Assembly: GCA_963663165.1 (NCBI GenBank)
Contig: OY760175.1
Span: 3,552,001-3,616,000 of the forward strand
Reading direction: 5' to 3'
Length of the DNA stretch: 64,000 bases
Origin: an uncultured Desulfospira sp.
Lineage (GTDB): Bacteria; Desulfobacterota; Desulfobacteria; Desulfobacterales; Desulfobacteraceae
Shown: positions 17,398-27,347 of the stretch, piece after piece
Layout: the number at the start of each line of letters is the position of its first letter
Numbering within the stretch: the stretch's first letter is position 1
The notes under the pieces: generated by a model
What the model saw: the letters and a program-made list of their open reading frames with translations, nothing else
The model's database searches: none
Told to the model about the DNA's origin: nothing
Program-made: the position numbers and the translations under genes

Positions 17398-20319
17398 CTA
17401 GGAGCCCAGCTGAGCCGGGCCGCCCAGATACCGGTCGTAGATCTGCCGGACCGCCCGGGCGGCTTCAGCGAATTCATCCTCAGGCACCAGGGATTTTTGT
17501 TCCTGGAGGGCCATGCGGTGGATCCGTTTTCGCATGGTCACATAGGCCTGCTGAAGGATCCCGCTTTCCTCTCCGGAGATCAGCCCTTCCACACTCAAGC
17601 CCTCCAAAAGCCTGACATTGTCTGTCCAGTCCGCCACATCCGGATAGTTGTGGGCGTATTTCAGTGTCAGGTACTGAACCAGGAATTCAATGTCCACGAT
17701 CCCTCCCCGGTCCTGTTTGAGATTAAACAACCCAGGTTCCGGAGACAGGCGCTGCTTTCGCATTTTCTCGCGCATGTCCTTTACTTCCCGGCCAAGGTCC
17801 GGGTCCTTTCGCTCCCGGCAGAGGACGGATTTGCGAATCTCCTGGAACCGGTCCATGAGAAGGGGATCTCCGGCCACCGGCCTTGCCCGGATCAGGGCCT
17901 GGTGTTCCCAGGTCCAGGCCTCTGACACCAGATATTCTTCATAGGCATCAATGTGGGAGACAATCATCCCCGAATCCCCCCCGGGACGCAGCCGCATGTC
18001 GGCCCCGTAAAGGGTGCCGGCCGCCGTGTGCATGGTCAGGATATTGATGATCCGCCTGCCCAGGTTGGCGTAAAACAGGATGGTCTCAATGGAGCGCTTC
18101 CCTCCCGAAGTGACGCCCGGTTCCCCTTTAAACAGAAAAACCAGGTCAAGGTCCGAAGTATATCCCATCTCAAACCCGCCGGCCTTGCCGTAAGCCACAA
18201 TGGCGAACCCCTTTGATTGCGTATTTCCCCCATCCATTCCCTCGGGGACCCCGTATTTTTCAGTAACAATATCCCAGGCAATATCAAGGACCTGTCTTAA
18301 AACGGTCTGGGCAATATAGGTCAGGTGGTCAGACACCTTCATTAAGGGGTAGCCCCCGCTCACATCGGCTGCCGCTACCCGCAAGGTGTTCACCTGCTTA
18401 AAAATATTGAGTTCTTCAAAAATATATTCCAAATCCTGGGAAGCACTTTTTTCCATGCGGGCCGCCATATCTTTTTTTAAGGCTTCAAGCTTGGGCGGCG
18501 CATACAAGGTGGCCGGATGCATGAGCTCGTCCAGCAGTACGGGATGATGGCTTAAAAAACGGATGATCCAGGGACTTTTCCGGGCCAGGGCGATCAGGGT
18601 CTCCAGAGCGCCTTTGTTCTCCAAAAGCAGAGACAAATAGCAGGTCCGTTGTTCAATGGTAATGATCAGGTCAATAAGTTTGCCCAAAATCGCATCGGCA
18701 TTGGGTGTTCCGCCGGCTTTTCGGACCAGCCGCGGCACCAGCCGGGCCAGTTTTTTCCGGCCGTTTTCCGTAAGCCCCCGGGTATGGGGGTGAACCGCCA
18801 GGGTCTGAAGCAGGCTCAACACCCGGTCCGGGTCTTCATAGCCGGACACGGCTTTGATGCCGGAGGTATACTGGGGATCATTGGCATTGAGCCATACCGA
18901 CTGAAGGTCCCGGCTTTCTTTGTCCGGCTGTTCATCTTCTTCGGTGACCAGCAGCTGGGCAAAATGGGCATGAACCCGGGATAGTTCTTGGGACAGGCGT
19001 TGATGAAAGGTTTGAAAGTCCTTAAACCCCGTGGACAGGGCCAGGATAAGCCGGGACTCCCGGGATTCAGGGATATCGTGGGTCTGAAGGTCCCGGTATT
19101 CCTGGAGCCGATTTTCCACCTGCCGCAGGAATATGTAAGCTGTTTTCAGTTCGTCCCGGGTTTTGCCGGGGAGCATCTCCAGGGAAACGAGCAGGTCCAG
19201 AACCTTCAGCACCTTTGGTTCCTGCAAAGAGGGCTCTACCCCGCCCCGGATCAGCTGAAACAGCTGGGCAAAAAACTCAATCTCCCGGATGCCCCCGGCC
19301 CCTAATTTGATATTGTGTTTAAGCTTGGCGTTTTTGACCTGAAGGGCAATGCGCTGTTTCATGTCCCTGAAAGAATCAAAGGAGCCGTAGTCAAAATACC
19401 GCCGGTATATAAACGGGTTGAGCTTTTTTAACACCCGGTACCCGCCGGCCATGTCCCCGGCAACAGGCCTTGCCTTGATCATGGCGTACCGCTCCCATTC
19501 CCGGCCGTGGGCCTGGTAATACTCTTCAAAGGCTGCCGCGCTCATGACAATGGGGCCGCTGTCCCCAAAGGGGCGCAGCCGGGTATCCACCCTGAAAAAA
19601 TTCAGGCCGTCGCCCGAGGAAAACAACTGGATCAGTTTGCGGCAAAGCCGGATAAAAAATTCATTGGCCGAAGATTTTTCATTGCCGGATTCGTCCCGGG
19701 TGACCCCCTCCTTTGGATAGACAAAGATCAGGTCAATGTCTGAAGAAAAATTCAGCTCCCCGGCCCCGAGCTTTCCCATACCCAGGACGATGAGCTCCAT
19801 GGGCCGGCCCGTTTCATCCACGGGGGTCCCGAAGGTTTGGCACAGGCTCCGGTAAAGATGATTCAAACCTGCGGCAATACAGGCCCGGGCCAGGTTGGAA
19901 AGGTCTGCCATGGTCTCTTCAAGGCCGGCCCGCCCATTGGTGTCCCGCCAGGCAATCCGGATGGTTTCATAAAGCTTGAACCGGAGCATGACCTCTTTAA
20001 GGCCGGTTGAACCTGCCAGCCTTTTGTCAAGGCGCTGTGCATAGGTCTGGTCCGAATAGGACCGCTCAAGATCCCCTGAAGATAAAAGGTCATTGAGCAG
20101 GGCCGTATCCCGGATCAGTTGATCGGCGGCAAACTCGCTGAACAGAAACAGCCGGATCAGTTCGGATTTAAGGTCCTGACCCGTCGGCGGGTCAAATGCT
20201 GCCCCATTTTTTTCAAGGCTTTCCTGTAACCGGGAAAGCCGGCCTTCAAGCAATTGATAAAGATCAGGGTCAAGATCGGGAAAAACCGCCTCAATATCTG
20301 CCAGGGTGATGGGATTCAT
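17398..20319 (-). CDS. glnE: Bifunctional glutamine synthetase adenylyltransferase/adenylyl-removing enzyme
   Basis: 973 aa with two nucleotidyltransferase domains (GMGKLGAGELNFSSDIDLIF...RVDTRLRPFG and AYGKAGGFEMGYTSDLDLVF...DMRLRPGG...WEHQALIRAR). Confidence 0.97.
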   Translation of the reverse strand: MNPITLADIEAVFPDLDPDLYQLLEGRLSRLQESLEKNGAAFDPPTGQDLKSELIRLFLFSEFAADQLIRDTALLNDLLSSGDLERSYSDQTYAQRLDKRLAGSTGLKEVMLRFKLYETIRIAWRDTNGRAGLEETMADLSNLARACIAAGLNHLYRSLCQTFGTPVDETGRPMELIVLGMGKLGAGELNFSSDIDLIFVYPKEGVTRDESGNEKSSANEFFIRLCRKLIQLFSSGDGLNFFRVDTRLRPFGDSGPIVMSAAAFEEYYQAHGREWERYAMIKARPVAGDMAGGYRVLKKLNPFIYRRYFDYGSFDSFRDMKQRIALQVKNAKLKHNIKLGAGGIREIEFFAQLFQLIRGGVEPSLQEPKVLKVLDLLVSLEMLPGKTRDELKTAYIFLRQVENRLQEYRDLQTHDIPESRESRLILALSTGFKDFQTFHQRLSQELSRVHAHFAQLLVTEEDEQPDKESRDLQSVWLNANDPQYTSGIKAVSGYEDPDRVLSLLQTLAVHPHTRGLTENGRKKLARLVPRLVRKAGGTPNADAILGKLIDLIITIEQRTCYLSLLLENKGALETLIALARKSPWIIRFLSHHPVLLDELMHPATLYAPPKLEALKKDMAARMEKSASQDLEYIFEELNIFKQVNTLRVAAADVSGGYPLMKVSDHLTYIAQTVLRQVLDIAWDIVTEKYGVPEGMDGGNTQSKGFAIVAYGKAGGFEMGYTSDLDLVFLFKGEPGVTSGGKRSIETILFYANLGRRIINILTMHTAAGTLYGADMRLRPGGDSGMIVSHIDAYEEYLVSEAWTWEHQALIRARPVAGDPLLMDRFQEIRKSVLCRERKDPDLGREVKDMREKMRKQRLSPEPGLFNLKQDRGGIVDIEFLVQYLTLKYAHNYPDVADWTDNVRLLEGLSVEGLISGEESGILQQAYVTMRKRIHRMALQEQKSLVPEDEFAEAARAVRQIYDRYLGGPAQLGS

Positions 20320-20391
20320 TTCTCTGCCTGTTTAATTATGGTTATCATCGGCCCGGATATGCCAGGGGGGTAATTTGTCTTAATTCCGGAA

Positions 20392-20679
20392 TTACGTTAA
20401 AGAACCGTTCAGATATTTGTGTACAATACTTGAAATAAGTGTCTGATAAGGGATACCTTCTTCAATTGCCTTGATCTGGATCTGATGGTAATCCTTTTGA
20501 GAAAGACGAAGATTTATTCTTTTATCTTTTTTCAGTGTATTTCGTGCGGCTTCAATGGCTTTTTTTTTCTCCCGGCCCAAATTTTTAACCGGCTGCCACT
20601 CATCGCGTTCAATTGATTCCATCAGGTCTTTTTCTTCCTGATCAACTGGTTTAAATGAATTTTCATTGAATTTATTCAT
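20392..20679 (-). CDS. Antitoxin, CopG/BrnA-like ribbon-helix-helix protein
   Basis: KDKRINLRLS...KAIEEGIPYQTLISSIVHKY. ATG overlaps the toxin stop (TGATG). Confidence 0.85.
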   Translation of the reverse strand: MNKFNENSFKPVDQEEKDLMESIERDEWQPVKNLGREKKKAIEAARNTLKKDKRINLRLSQKDYHQIQIKAIEEGIPYQTLISSIVHKYLNGSLT

Positions 20680-20948
20680 CACTCTCCTTTCAAGCCGTAT
20701 TTTTTTGTGTATTTCCGGATGGGAAAAGCTGTTTTTAAAAATATTTCATCATCATTTTCTACATAAGGCACAATAACAGCATAGTTGTTGATTTCTAAAA
20801 TATACATTCTTTGATTAGGGTATCCTGGATTTTCCTCAATTCCAATTATCTGGTCTAATTCAATTAAATAGGCAATTTCTTCAAAAGATATTCCACGGTC
20901 ACGCTTTAAAATTTTGTTTTTCTCAGAATTCCAATTCAGATATTTCAT
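20679..20948 (-). CDS. BrnT-like type II toxin
   Basis: WNSEKNKILKRDRGISFEEI...IFLKTAFP, 89 aa, upstream of the RHH antitoxin. Confidence 0.85.
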   Translation of the reverse strand: MKYLNWNSEKNKILKRDRGISFEEIAYLIELDQIIGIEENPGYPNQRMYILEINNYAVIVPYVENDDEIFLKTAFPIRKYTKKYGLKGE

Positions 20949-20949
20949 A

Positions 20950-20983
20950 TGACAAATATAGGCGAACGTCTGCCTTTTGTCAA
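20950..20983 (-). promoter_or_regulatory. Sigma-70 promoter with overlapping operator for the TA operon
   Basis: TTGACA-17 bp-TATATT ending 6 nt before the toxin ATG. Inverted repeat TGACAAA...TTTGTCA spans the promoter. Confidence 0.7.
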
Positions 20984-21176
20984 CACGCTTCAGAAGGATT
21001 GCCAGGGCAATCGCGTGTAAACAAAACGGCCTGTAACCCGGCAGGTTCTTTATGACGGGACCATTGATTCATGGCGTTTATGGGCGGTCAGATTGTCAAA
21101 TATACTTGACAAGAAATAGGTATCATGGATGCCCCCGGAATAAACAATTTGGCAAGGCTGCCCTGGGGAAAGACGG

Positions 21177-21209
21177 CCGGCACCCGCCATGGAGGAAGGC
21201 GGATGCCGG
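21177..21209 (-). terminator. Possible terminator hairpin after the Mo-enzyme operon
   Basis: CCGGCACCCGCC/GGCGGATGCCGG stem just downstream of the stop at 21221. U-tract is weak. Confidence 0.35.
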
Positions 21210-21220
21210 AAAGGCAAGGT

Positions 21221-22435
21221 TTAAAAATGGGGTTTTAACGGCCACTCTTTTTTATAGACAAGTTCCTGTTTCAAGGCGCTCAGCTCCTGCATGCGGTTGA
21301 TCAGGTTCACCCCGGTGAGGACCCCGTCGGCGTATACAGACAGTTTGTAACCGCCTTCCTCTTCCGGGTGGCCCTCAATCCGGGTTTCCACATGGTCCCC
21401 TGTGGGATTGATATCGCCGATCTGGGCATAGGTCCAGTCAAAAAGCGGGCTGATGTGCTGGGGAACGCCACCCGGGTAGGCACACGGGGCCTGGGCCATA
21501 TTTGAACCGGCGGTCCGCCCCTGATAGCAGGCGTTGGCCCAGGTGCCGAGCCACTCCTGGCGGCCGGTCAGCAGGCTGGGTCCCTGGCAGACATCCCCTG
21601 CGGCATACAGGTCCGGGGCAGAGGTCTGCATCTGCCGGTCCACCAGAACCGCTAAGTCCATGGCCACCTGATCCGGATCAAGAAATTGACTGTTGGGCCG
21701 GATGCCGGTGCAGACCGCCACAAAATCCGCCTCTTCCATGACCGCTTCGGGGAAAAAGCAGCACACACCCTCCTCTGAGCCTTCGATGCCCTCAATACTG
21801 CATCCTAAGCGGACATCAATGCCGTGGCTTTCAAAAAAAGTTCTCAGCAATGCCGCGGCTTCAGGGTGGGCCCCCCGGGGCAGCATCTGGGGCGCGGCAT
21901 CCATCAAAATGACGTCAATGTGGCGTTTGGTTAATATTTCCGCCACCTTGACACCCACCAGGGAGGCGCCCAGAACCAGCACCTTCCGGGCCTTTGCCAT
22001 GGCTTTTTCCATGGAAAGCGTACTTTTGGAGGTTCGCAAGGGAAATGCAAAATCAGGGTTATCAAGGCCCGGAATGGGAGGGATGGAGACCCTGGCGCCG
22101 GTGGCCACCAGGCATTTGTCATAATGAAGGATGCCGCCGCTGCCGGTATGAACGACTTTATTTTCCGCATCGATACGCTCAACCGGCGTCCCCAGATGGC
22201 ATTGCACATCATGGTTCTGATAAAAATCACGGCCGTAAGGAAAGCAGTGTTTCCAGGAAAGCATGCCCTTGAGGTAATAAGGGGCCAGCATGGGGTTGAA
22301 AGCCGCTTCTTCAGTATCCGACACCAGATGCAGGGCGCCGTCAAATCCGGCCAGGCGGATGGACCGGACCGCATGGGCCGCGGCACCGCCGTTCCCGGCG
22401 ATCACAATCTGTTTAACCTGTTCGCGGCCCATCAT
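21221..22435 (-). CDS. NAD(P)/FAD-dependent oxidoreductase (pyridine nucleotide-disulfide/NirB-like family)
   Basis: IVIAGNGGAA, LVATGA, VLVLGASLVG, TSAPDLYAAGD motifs. Confidence 0.88.
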   Translation of the reverse strand: MMGREQVKQIVIAGNGGAAAHAVRSIRLAGFDGALHLVSDTEEAAFNPMLAPYYLKGMLSWKHCFPYGRDFYQNHDVQCHLGTPVERIDAENKVVHTGSGGILHYDKCLVATGARVSIPPIPGLDNPDFAFPLRTSKSTLSMEKAMAKARKVLVLGASLVGVKVAEILTKRHIDVILMDAAPQMLPRGAHPEAAALLRTFFESHGIDVRLGCSIEGIEGSEEGVCCFFPEAVMEEADFVAVCTGIRPNSQFLDPDQVAMDLAVLVDRQMQTSAPDLYAAGDVCQGPSLLTGRQEWLGTWANACYQGRTAGSNMAQAPCAYPGGVPQHISPLFDWTYAQIGDINPTGDHVETRIEGHPEEEGGYKLSVYADGVLTGVNLINRMQELSALKQELVYKKEWPLKPHF

Positions 22436-22944
22436 TCAAGCATTCCGGCAGCTTTGGCCAATACTTGTGACGCCTGGGCTGATTTTTCGCTGGAGATGGT
22501 GTCCAGTTCCCCAAATTGCAACGCCCCGGTGGTGCAGGTATGGACACAGGAAGGCAGCAGGCCGTGGGCCACACGGACATGGCACAGGTCGCATTTCACC
22601 ATTTTTCCCTGACTTGTAAACTTGGGAGCGCCAACGGGGCAGGCCAGGGCGCAGCTGCGGCAGCCGATACAAAGGTCCGGGTTGACATCCACTACCCCGT
22701 CTTCCGGGTGGCGGAACAAAGCGCCCGAAGGACAGACCATCAGGCAGGGGGCATCACTGCAATGCATGCAGGCTATGGAAATAGACGCCACCCGGGCCGG
22801 ATAGGTGCCCTCTTCAAAACAGGTTACGGTCCTGAAACCGGTCAGATCCGATTTTTCATCATTCTGGTCCTGGCAGGCCACCACACAGGCCATACAGCCG
22901 GTGCACCGTTTCGCATCAAATGAAAAAGCCAATTGTTTGCTCAT
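22432..22944 (-). CDS. 4Fe-4S electron-transfer subunit (DmsB/NrfC-like)
   Basis: CTGCMACVVAC, CMHCSDAPCLMVCP, CIGCRSCALACP, KCDLC...PSCVHTC. Confidence 0.93.
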   Translation of the reverse strand: MSKQLAFSFDAKRCTGCMACVVACQDQNDEKSDLTGFRTVTCFEEGTYPARVASISIACMHCSDAPCLMVCPSGALFRHPEDGVVDVNPDLCIGCRSCALACPVGAPKFTSQGKMVKCDLCHVRVAHGLLPSCVHTCTTGALQFGELDTISSEKSAQASQVLAKAAGMLE

Positions 22945-22956
22945 AACGTTTTTTCC

Positions 22957-25104
22957 TTACTCTTTCTCGGGCGCTTTTTGTATATCGCAGATCAGTGATT
23001 TAAATCCGGGAAATCCGGATATGGGGTCCAGATAGTCCGGCTCAATCAAAAGGTTCACTTCCACATTGGTCCAGCCATGGTAAATATTGGCTGCCCCCGG
23101 CGCAATGGTCCCCGTCACCTTGGCCCAGACAGTTATGGCATGCCGGGGTGTGGACAGGACGACCTGATCCCCGTCTGATATATTGCGCGCCCTGGCATCA
23201 TCAACATTGATCATCACCGTGGGATTGGGGTGTAACCTGCGGTTCCAGGAATTTCTGAAGGTGCGTGAATGCACATACATGGGAAGCCGGGTCCCGGTCC
23301 CCAGCACCAGGGGAAATTTTTGGGCCATCTCAGGGGTTGAGGCAGGGCTTAAGGCCGGCTCTTTATAAACCGGCAAAGGTTCCATTCCTTCCTGGGCCAG
23401 CCGTGTGGATTCAAATTCCATTTTTCCCGACGGGGTGGCAAATCCGGTCTCCCGGTATTTGTAATATGGCGGCATTTCCAGATTTTCCACGGTGATGCCT
23501 GAAGGGTTTTGTTTAAGCTGGGCCACGGTCAGACCTGAGGGTTCCAGAATCCAGTCCAGACAAGCCTCATAGCCCTGCTGCATTAATTCATCATCCGGTG
23601 CAATCCGTTTGGCCAGTTCAAAAATGATGTCACTGTCGGGCTTGGATTCCCCAATGGGCGAAATGGCAGGCTGGGTAAGAATCACATGGTTGCAGCCGTA
23701 AAACCGCAGCTCACTTCGCTCATAAGAGGTACAGGCCGGCAGGACAATATCCGCAAGTTTGGCCGTATCCGTCATAAACAGATCCACATCAACAAAAAAG
23801 TCCAGTTTGTTGAAGGCTTCCACCAGACGGTCATTGCCCGGCCACATGCGGTGGTTATAGCCAAAGGCCAGGACCGCTTTGATGGGATAGGGATCTTCAT
23901 TCAGAATCTGATCCGGCAGCTGCATGGCCTGGGATTCATGGACACACTCGGCCCAGATGGGGAATTTTTCCTGGCCGATTCTTTCGGGCATGTCCAGGAC
24001 CGATTTGGGGAAAATAAATTCATCCTGCCGGGTTTTATAGCCCGTGTTCACGTGGACCCAGGTTTCCGGCACCACGTAGTTGCCCCCCGGGGCGTCATAA
24101 TTTCCCGTAAGCCCGCACAAACTGATAATGGCCCTATGGTTCTGGACCCCGTTGGTATGGTGAACCGTGGGGCTGGCACTGGTCATGATGCAGGCAGCCC
24201 TGGCCTTGGCATACATGCGGGCGGCCGCCTGGATCAAATGGGCCGGAACCCCCGTAATCTCTTGAGTTTTTTCCAGTGTAAATTCTTTTGCATATTCCTT
24301 ATAGGCGTCAAACCCTTTGGTCCACTGGGCCACGAACTCAGCGTCGTGCAGGTTTTCGCCAATAATCACATTGGCCATGCCAAGAGCCAGGGCCCCGTCC
24401 GTTCCCGGGCGCAACCCTAAGCGCATATCCGTAAAACGGGTCATGTGGGTGACCATGGGGCTGACTTCGATAATTTTTAAACCCTTTTCCCGGGCCGCGA
24501 TAATCCGCTTGGCATTGGGTGTTCCGGCGGTAAAGGTGTTTTTGCTCCAGATCAAAAGGCATTCGGAATTTTTAATGTCCGGTCCGCCCCAGGGCCCATA
24601 GGTCAATTTGGTGGCCACATCGGTAGCGTAGTAACAGGTGCTGGATTCAGTGGCGAAATTCGGGGTTCCAAAGCTGATCCCCAGCCGCTGGGCAAAGGGG
24701 CGCAGCCATTTGGTATACCCCACCCCAAAGGCCACGGACTCAGGCCCGCTCTCGGCTTTGATGTCCAGCAGACGCCGGGCAATCTCATCGTAGGCCGCCT
24801 CCCAGGAAATGGGTTCAAATTGTCCTGACCCCCGGGGACCGGTCCGTTTTAGCGGGGTTCTGATCCGCTCCGGATTGTAGATGTACTGCCGTCCGGCACA
24901 CCCTTTGGCACACAGGGTGCCCTGGTTATGGGGAAATTCCGGCATGCCCTCCACCTTGATCACCTTACCGTCTTTCACATAGGCATTGACGCCGCAGCTG
25001 GTGATCAGGCCTTCACATATGGCACAGATGGTCTTTTTTATTTCAATCCCGGTCTCTTTTCCCGGGATTTTGTTTTTTAACAAACACGCTTGGTCGAACT
25101 GCAT
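22957..25104 (-). CDS. Molybdopterin (Mo/W-bisPGD) oxidoreductase catalytic subunit, cytoplasmic
   Basis: CAICEGLITSC...GTLCAKG FeS motif, LRPGTDGALALG, DLFMTDTAKLADIVLPA, C-terminal MopB domain. No twin-arginine leader. Confidence 0.92.
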   Translation of the reverse strand: MQFDQACLLKNKIPGKETGIEIKKTICAICEGLITSCGVNAYVKDGKVIKVEGMPEFPHNQGTLCAKGCAGRQYIYNPERIRTPLKRTGPRGSGQFEPISWEAAYDEIARRLLDIKAESGPESVAFGVGYTKWLRPFAQRLGISFGTPNFATESSTCYYATDVATKLTYGPWGGPDIKNSECLLIWSKNTFTAGTPNAKRIIAAREKGLKIIEVSPMVTHMTRFTDMRLGLRPGTDGALALGMANVIIGENLHDAEFVAQWTKGFDAYKEYAKEFTLEKTQEITGVPAHLIQAAARMYAKARAACIMTSASPTVHHTNGVQNHRAIISLCGLTGNYDAPGGNYVVPETWVHVNTGYKTRQDEFIFPKSVLDMPERIGQEKFPIWAECVHESQAMQLPDQILNEDPYPIKAVLAFGYNHRMWPGNDRLVEAFNKLDFFVDVDLFMTDTAKLADIVLPACTSYERSELRFYGCNHVILTQPAISPIGESKPDSDIIFELAKRIAPDDELMQQGYEACLDWILEPSGLTVAQLKQNPSGITVENLEMPPYYKYRETGFATPSGKMEFESTRLAQEGMEPLPVYKEPALSPASTPEMAQKFPLVLGTGTRLPMYVHSRTFRNSWNRRLHPNPTVMINVDDARARNISDGDQVVLSTPRHAITVWAKVTGTIAPGAANIYHGWTNVEVNLLIEPDYLDPISGFPGFKSLICDIQKAPEKE

Positions 25105-25117
25105 TCATTTGCCTCCA

Positions 25118-26422
25118 TTAGCCCTTCATTACATTGGGAAGATACAGCACAATATCAGGAAATACCATGATCAGTGCCACCACGATCAACTCCACGATAA
25201 TAAAGGGAATAACACTTTTAAATATCTGTACAAGATCGGCGTCATCCACGGCGCCTTTCAAAACAAAAACATTGAGACCCACCGGGGGGGTCAGCAGACT
25301 GATCTCGATCATGATGATGACCATAATCCCGAACCAGACCCCGTCAACCCCCATTTGCTGGAGGATGGGAAAGGTTAAGGGCAGGGTCAGCAAAATCATG
25401 CTCATGGGTTCTAAAAACATGCCCAACGGAATGTACATCAGCAAAAACAGGATAATGAGCATGGTCGGCGGCGCATTCAGCGCGGTCACAAGATCAATGA
25501 ACCGTGCCGCAAATCCGGCCCGGGCCAGGAACAGGGTAAAAATCTGGGCCCCGATGGAGATGGTCAGGATCATGGAACCGATCTTAACGGTATCCAGCAG
25601 GGCTTCCTTGAATACAGGCCAGGTCAGCTTTCGCCGGAAAAAGGCCATCATCAGTGCACCCAGGCAGCCCATGGCACCGGCTTCGGTAGGGGTGGCAATG
25701 CCGGTATAGATGGCCCCCATCACCGCCACAAACAAAAACAACACCCCCCAGATATTTTTAAGGGATATCAGCGAATCCACCCAGCTGATACCGGTGGCCC
25801 GGGGGCCTAATTCCGGGGTAATCACCGCTCTGAGCATGATCATTAAAATAAAGAGTACTGCCGTCAATACACCGGGCAGAATAGAGCCCACCAGAATGTG
25901 GCCCACAGACTGTTCCGTGGTAATGGCGTAAATAACCGCGATAATACTGGGCGGAATCAAGACCCCCAGGGTCCCGGCCCCGGCAATGGAACCAAGACTT
26001 AAGGCACGGTCGTATTTATACCGGTCCATTTCCGGCAGCGCCACTTTGCTCATGGCCGCCACCATGCCCACACTTGAGCCTGTTGATGCGGCAAAACCGG
26101 CACTGGCAAAGGTGGTGGCCATGGCAAGCCCGCCGGGCAGGCGGCCAAACCATTTGTACCCGGTATCATATAAATTGCTGGTAATCCCGGCGGCAAAGGC
26201 CAGATTTCCCATGAAGATAAACAAAGGGATAACCACCAGACCGTAAGAGTTAACGGAACTTAACGGGAGCAGCGACAGGGAGGCCATGGTGATTTTCGGC
26301 CCGGTGGTGACCAGCAGGCCAACGGTTCCCACCAGGGCCATGCTAAAGGCAATGTGCAGCCCCGAAGCCAGCACTAAAAGCAGCATGACAAACCCGATAA
26401 TTCCAATCCACAACGGATCCAT
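25118..26422 (-). CDS. dctM: TRAP transporter large permease
   Basis: VIPLFIFMG, GTLGVLIPPS, TPTEAGA, LLTPPVGLNVFV. Confidence 0.95.
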   Translation of the reverse strand: MDPLWIGIIGFVMLLLVLASGLHIAFSMALVGTVGLLVTTGPKITMASLSLLPLSSVNSYGLVVIPLFIFMGNLAFAAGITSNLYDTGYKWFGRLPGGLAMATTFASAGFAASTGSSVGMVAAMSKVALPEMDRYKYDRALSLGSIAGAGTLGVLIPPSIIAVIYAITTEQSVGHILVGSILPGVLTAVLFILMIMLRAVITPELGPRATGISWVDSLISLKNIWGVLFLFVAVMGAIYTGIATPTEAGAMGCLGALMMAFFRRKLTWPVFKEALLDTVKIGSMILTISIGAQIFTLFLARAGFAARFIDLVTALNAPPTMLIILFLLMYIPLGMFLEPMSMILLTLPLTFPILQQMGVDGVWFGIMVIIMIEISLLTPPVGLNVFVLKGAVDDADLVQIFKSVIPFIIVELIVVALIMVFPDIVLYLPNVMKG

Positions 26423-26461
26423 TATTCTATATCCTTTTCCAAAGTTTCAGGTTGATGCTTA

Positions 26462-26620
26462 GGGACTCGGAAAAAATAAATGCCACAGATTTTGCGCTGA
26501 ATTTTTATTCGTACTCAAGGCGCGTTTCAGGGAGCATATTGGAATATGAGCCCTGAACCGCAACGAAGAATACGGATAAAAAGGCACGCAAAATGGGGGA
26601 TTTATTTTTTTTTGCGGCCC
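26462..26620. mobile_element. MITE-like palindromic element, family C
   Basis: Imperfect terminal IRs GGGACTCGGAAAAAATAAAT / ATTTATTTTTTTTTGCGGCCC, nested internal IRs, TTA on both flanks. Confidence 0.65.
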
Positions 26621-27072
26621 TTAAATTCGTCATAGAGGCAGATCACAAACTGGATGCATAAAAACAATGCCCCCGCAGCAACAACCCCTTTAATGGGGTA
26701 AATCGGCAGGGGCAGCGCCCCCCAACGCACCTCCTTCATGTCCCAGGATTCCAGAAACGCGATAAAGGTCTGCCGGGTGATCAGGGCGTATACGGGCAGG
26801 GCAAGGAAATAACCGGTGATCCGCAAAATCCGCTGCCGTTCCTGGCTGAAATTGCGGGTAAACAAATCTATTTTGATATGGCCGCCAACCGCCTGGGTAT
26901 AAGACATCCCGCTGAAAACAAACAGGACCAGCAGATAAGAACTGATTTCCACCACTCCCAGAATCGGACGGTTCAGCACATACCGGCAGAAAACCTCGGC
27001 GCACATCAACACCATGATCACCACCAGAACCAGGCCGGAAAGCATGCCAAGCCAGCTAATTATTTTTCTCAT
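26602..27072 (-). CDS. dctQ: TRAP transporter small permease
   Basis: 156 aa, 4 TM, RYVLNRPI...GGHIKIDLF, located between dctP and dctM. Confidence 0.93.
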   Translation of the reverse strand: MRKIISWLGMLSGLVLVVIMVLMCAEVFCRYVLNRPILGVVEISSYLLVLFVFSGMSYTQAVGGHIKIDLFTRNFSQERQRILRITGYFLALPVYALITRQTFIAFLESWDMKEVRWGALPLPIYPIKGVVAAGALFLCIQFVICLYDEFKGRKKK

Positions 27073-27189
27073 TTTTCACACCCGTTATTATTTTGTATCA
27101 AAGTCTCACTAACAAGCTGAAAAGACTATTTTTTTGTCACGGGCCGATGTTTGGCCGGATAACCGAAGACGGTCCATGACCGTTATTTA

Positions 27190-27269
27190 GTACCCCAACG
27201 GAAACCCCGTGTTTGGACGAAAAATTGTCCAGATGCAAGGCGCAGATGGGTGGCTTTTCGTTCAAACAC
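27190..27269. mobile_element. MITE family B, internally deleted copy
   Basis: Matches both ends of the reverse complement of 46698-46842 with the centre missing. Flanked by TATTTA direct repeats. Confidence 0.75.
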
Positions 27270-27347
27270 TATTTAACCTGTTGGCCGCCCGGGCCGGAAC
27301 GGTAGCTGCACCAATTTTCCAGCCCGGGGGTTGGGAAGGTTAAAGAA

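Noticed and set aside
16962..17477. Short ORFs between the RHS promoter and glnE
   Set aside because: They overlap regulatory DNA and the family A repeat; peptides such as HAKALRRKE and LCAFA are repeat translations.
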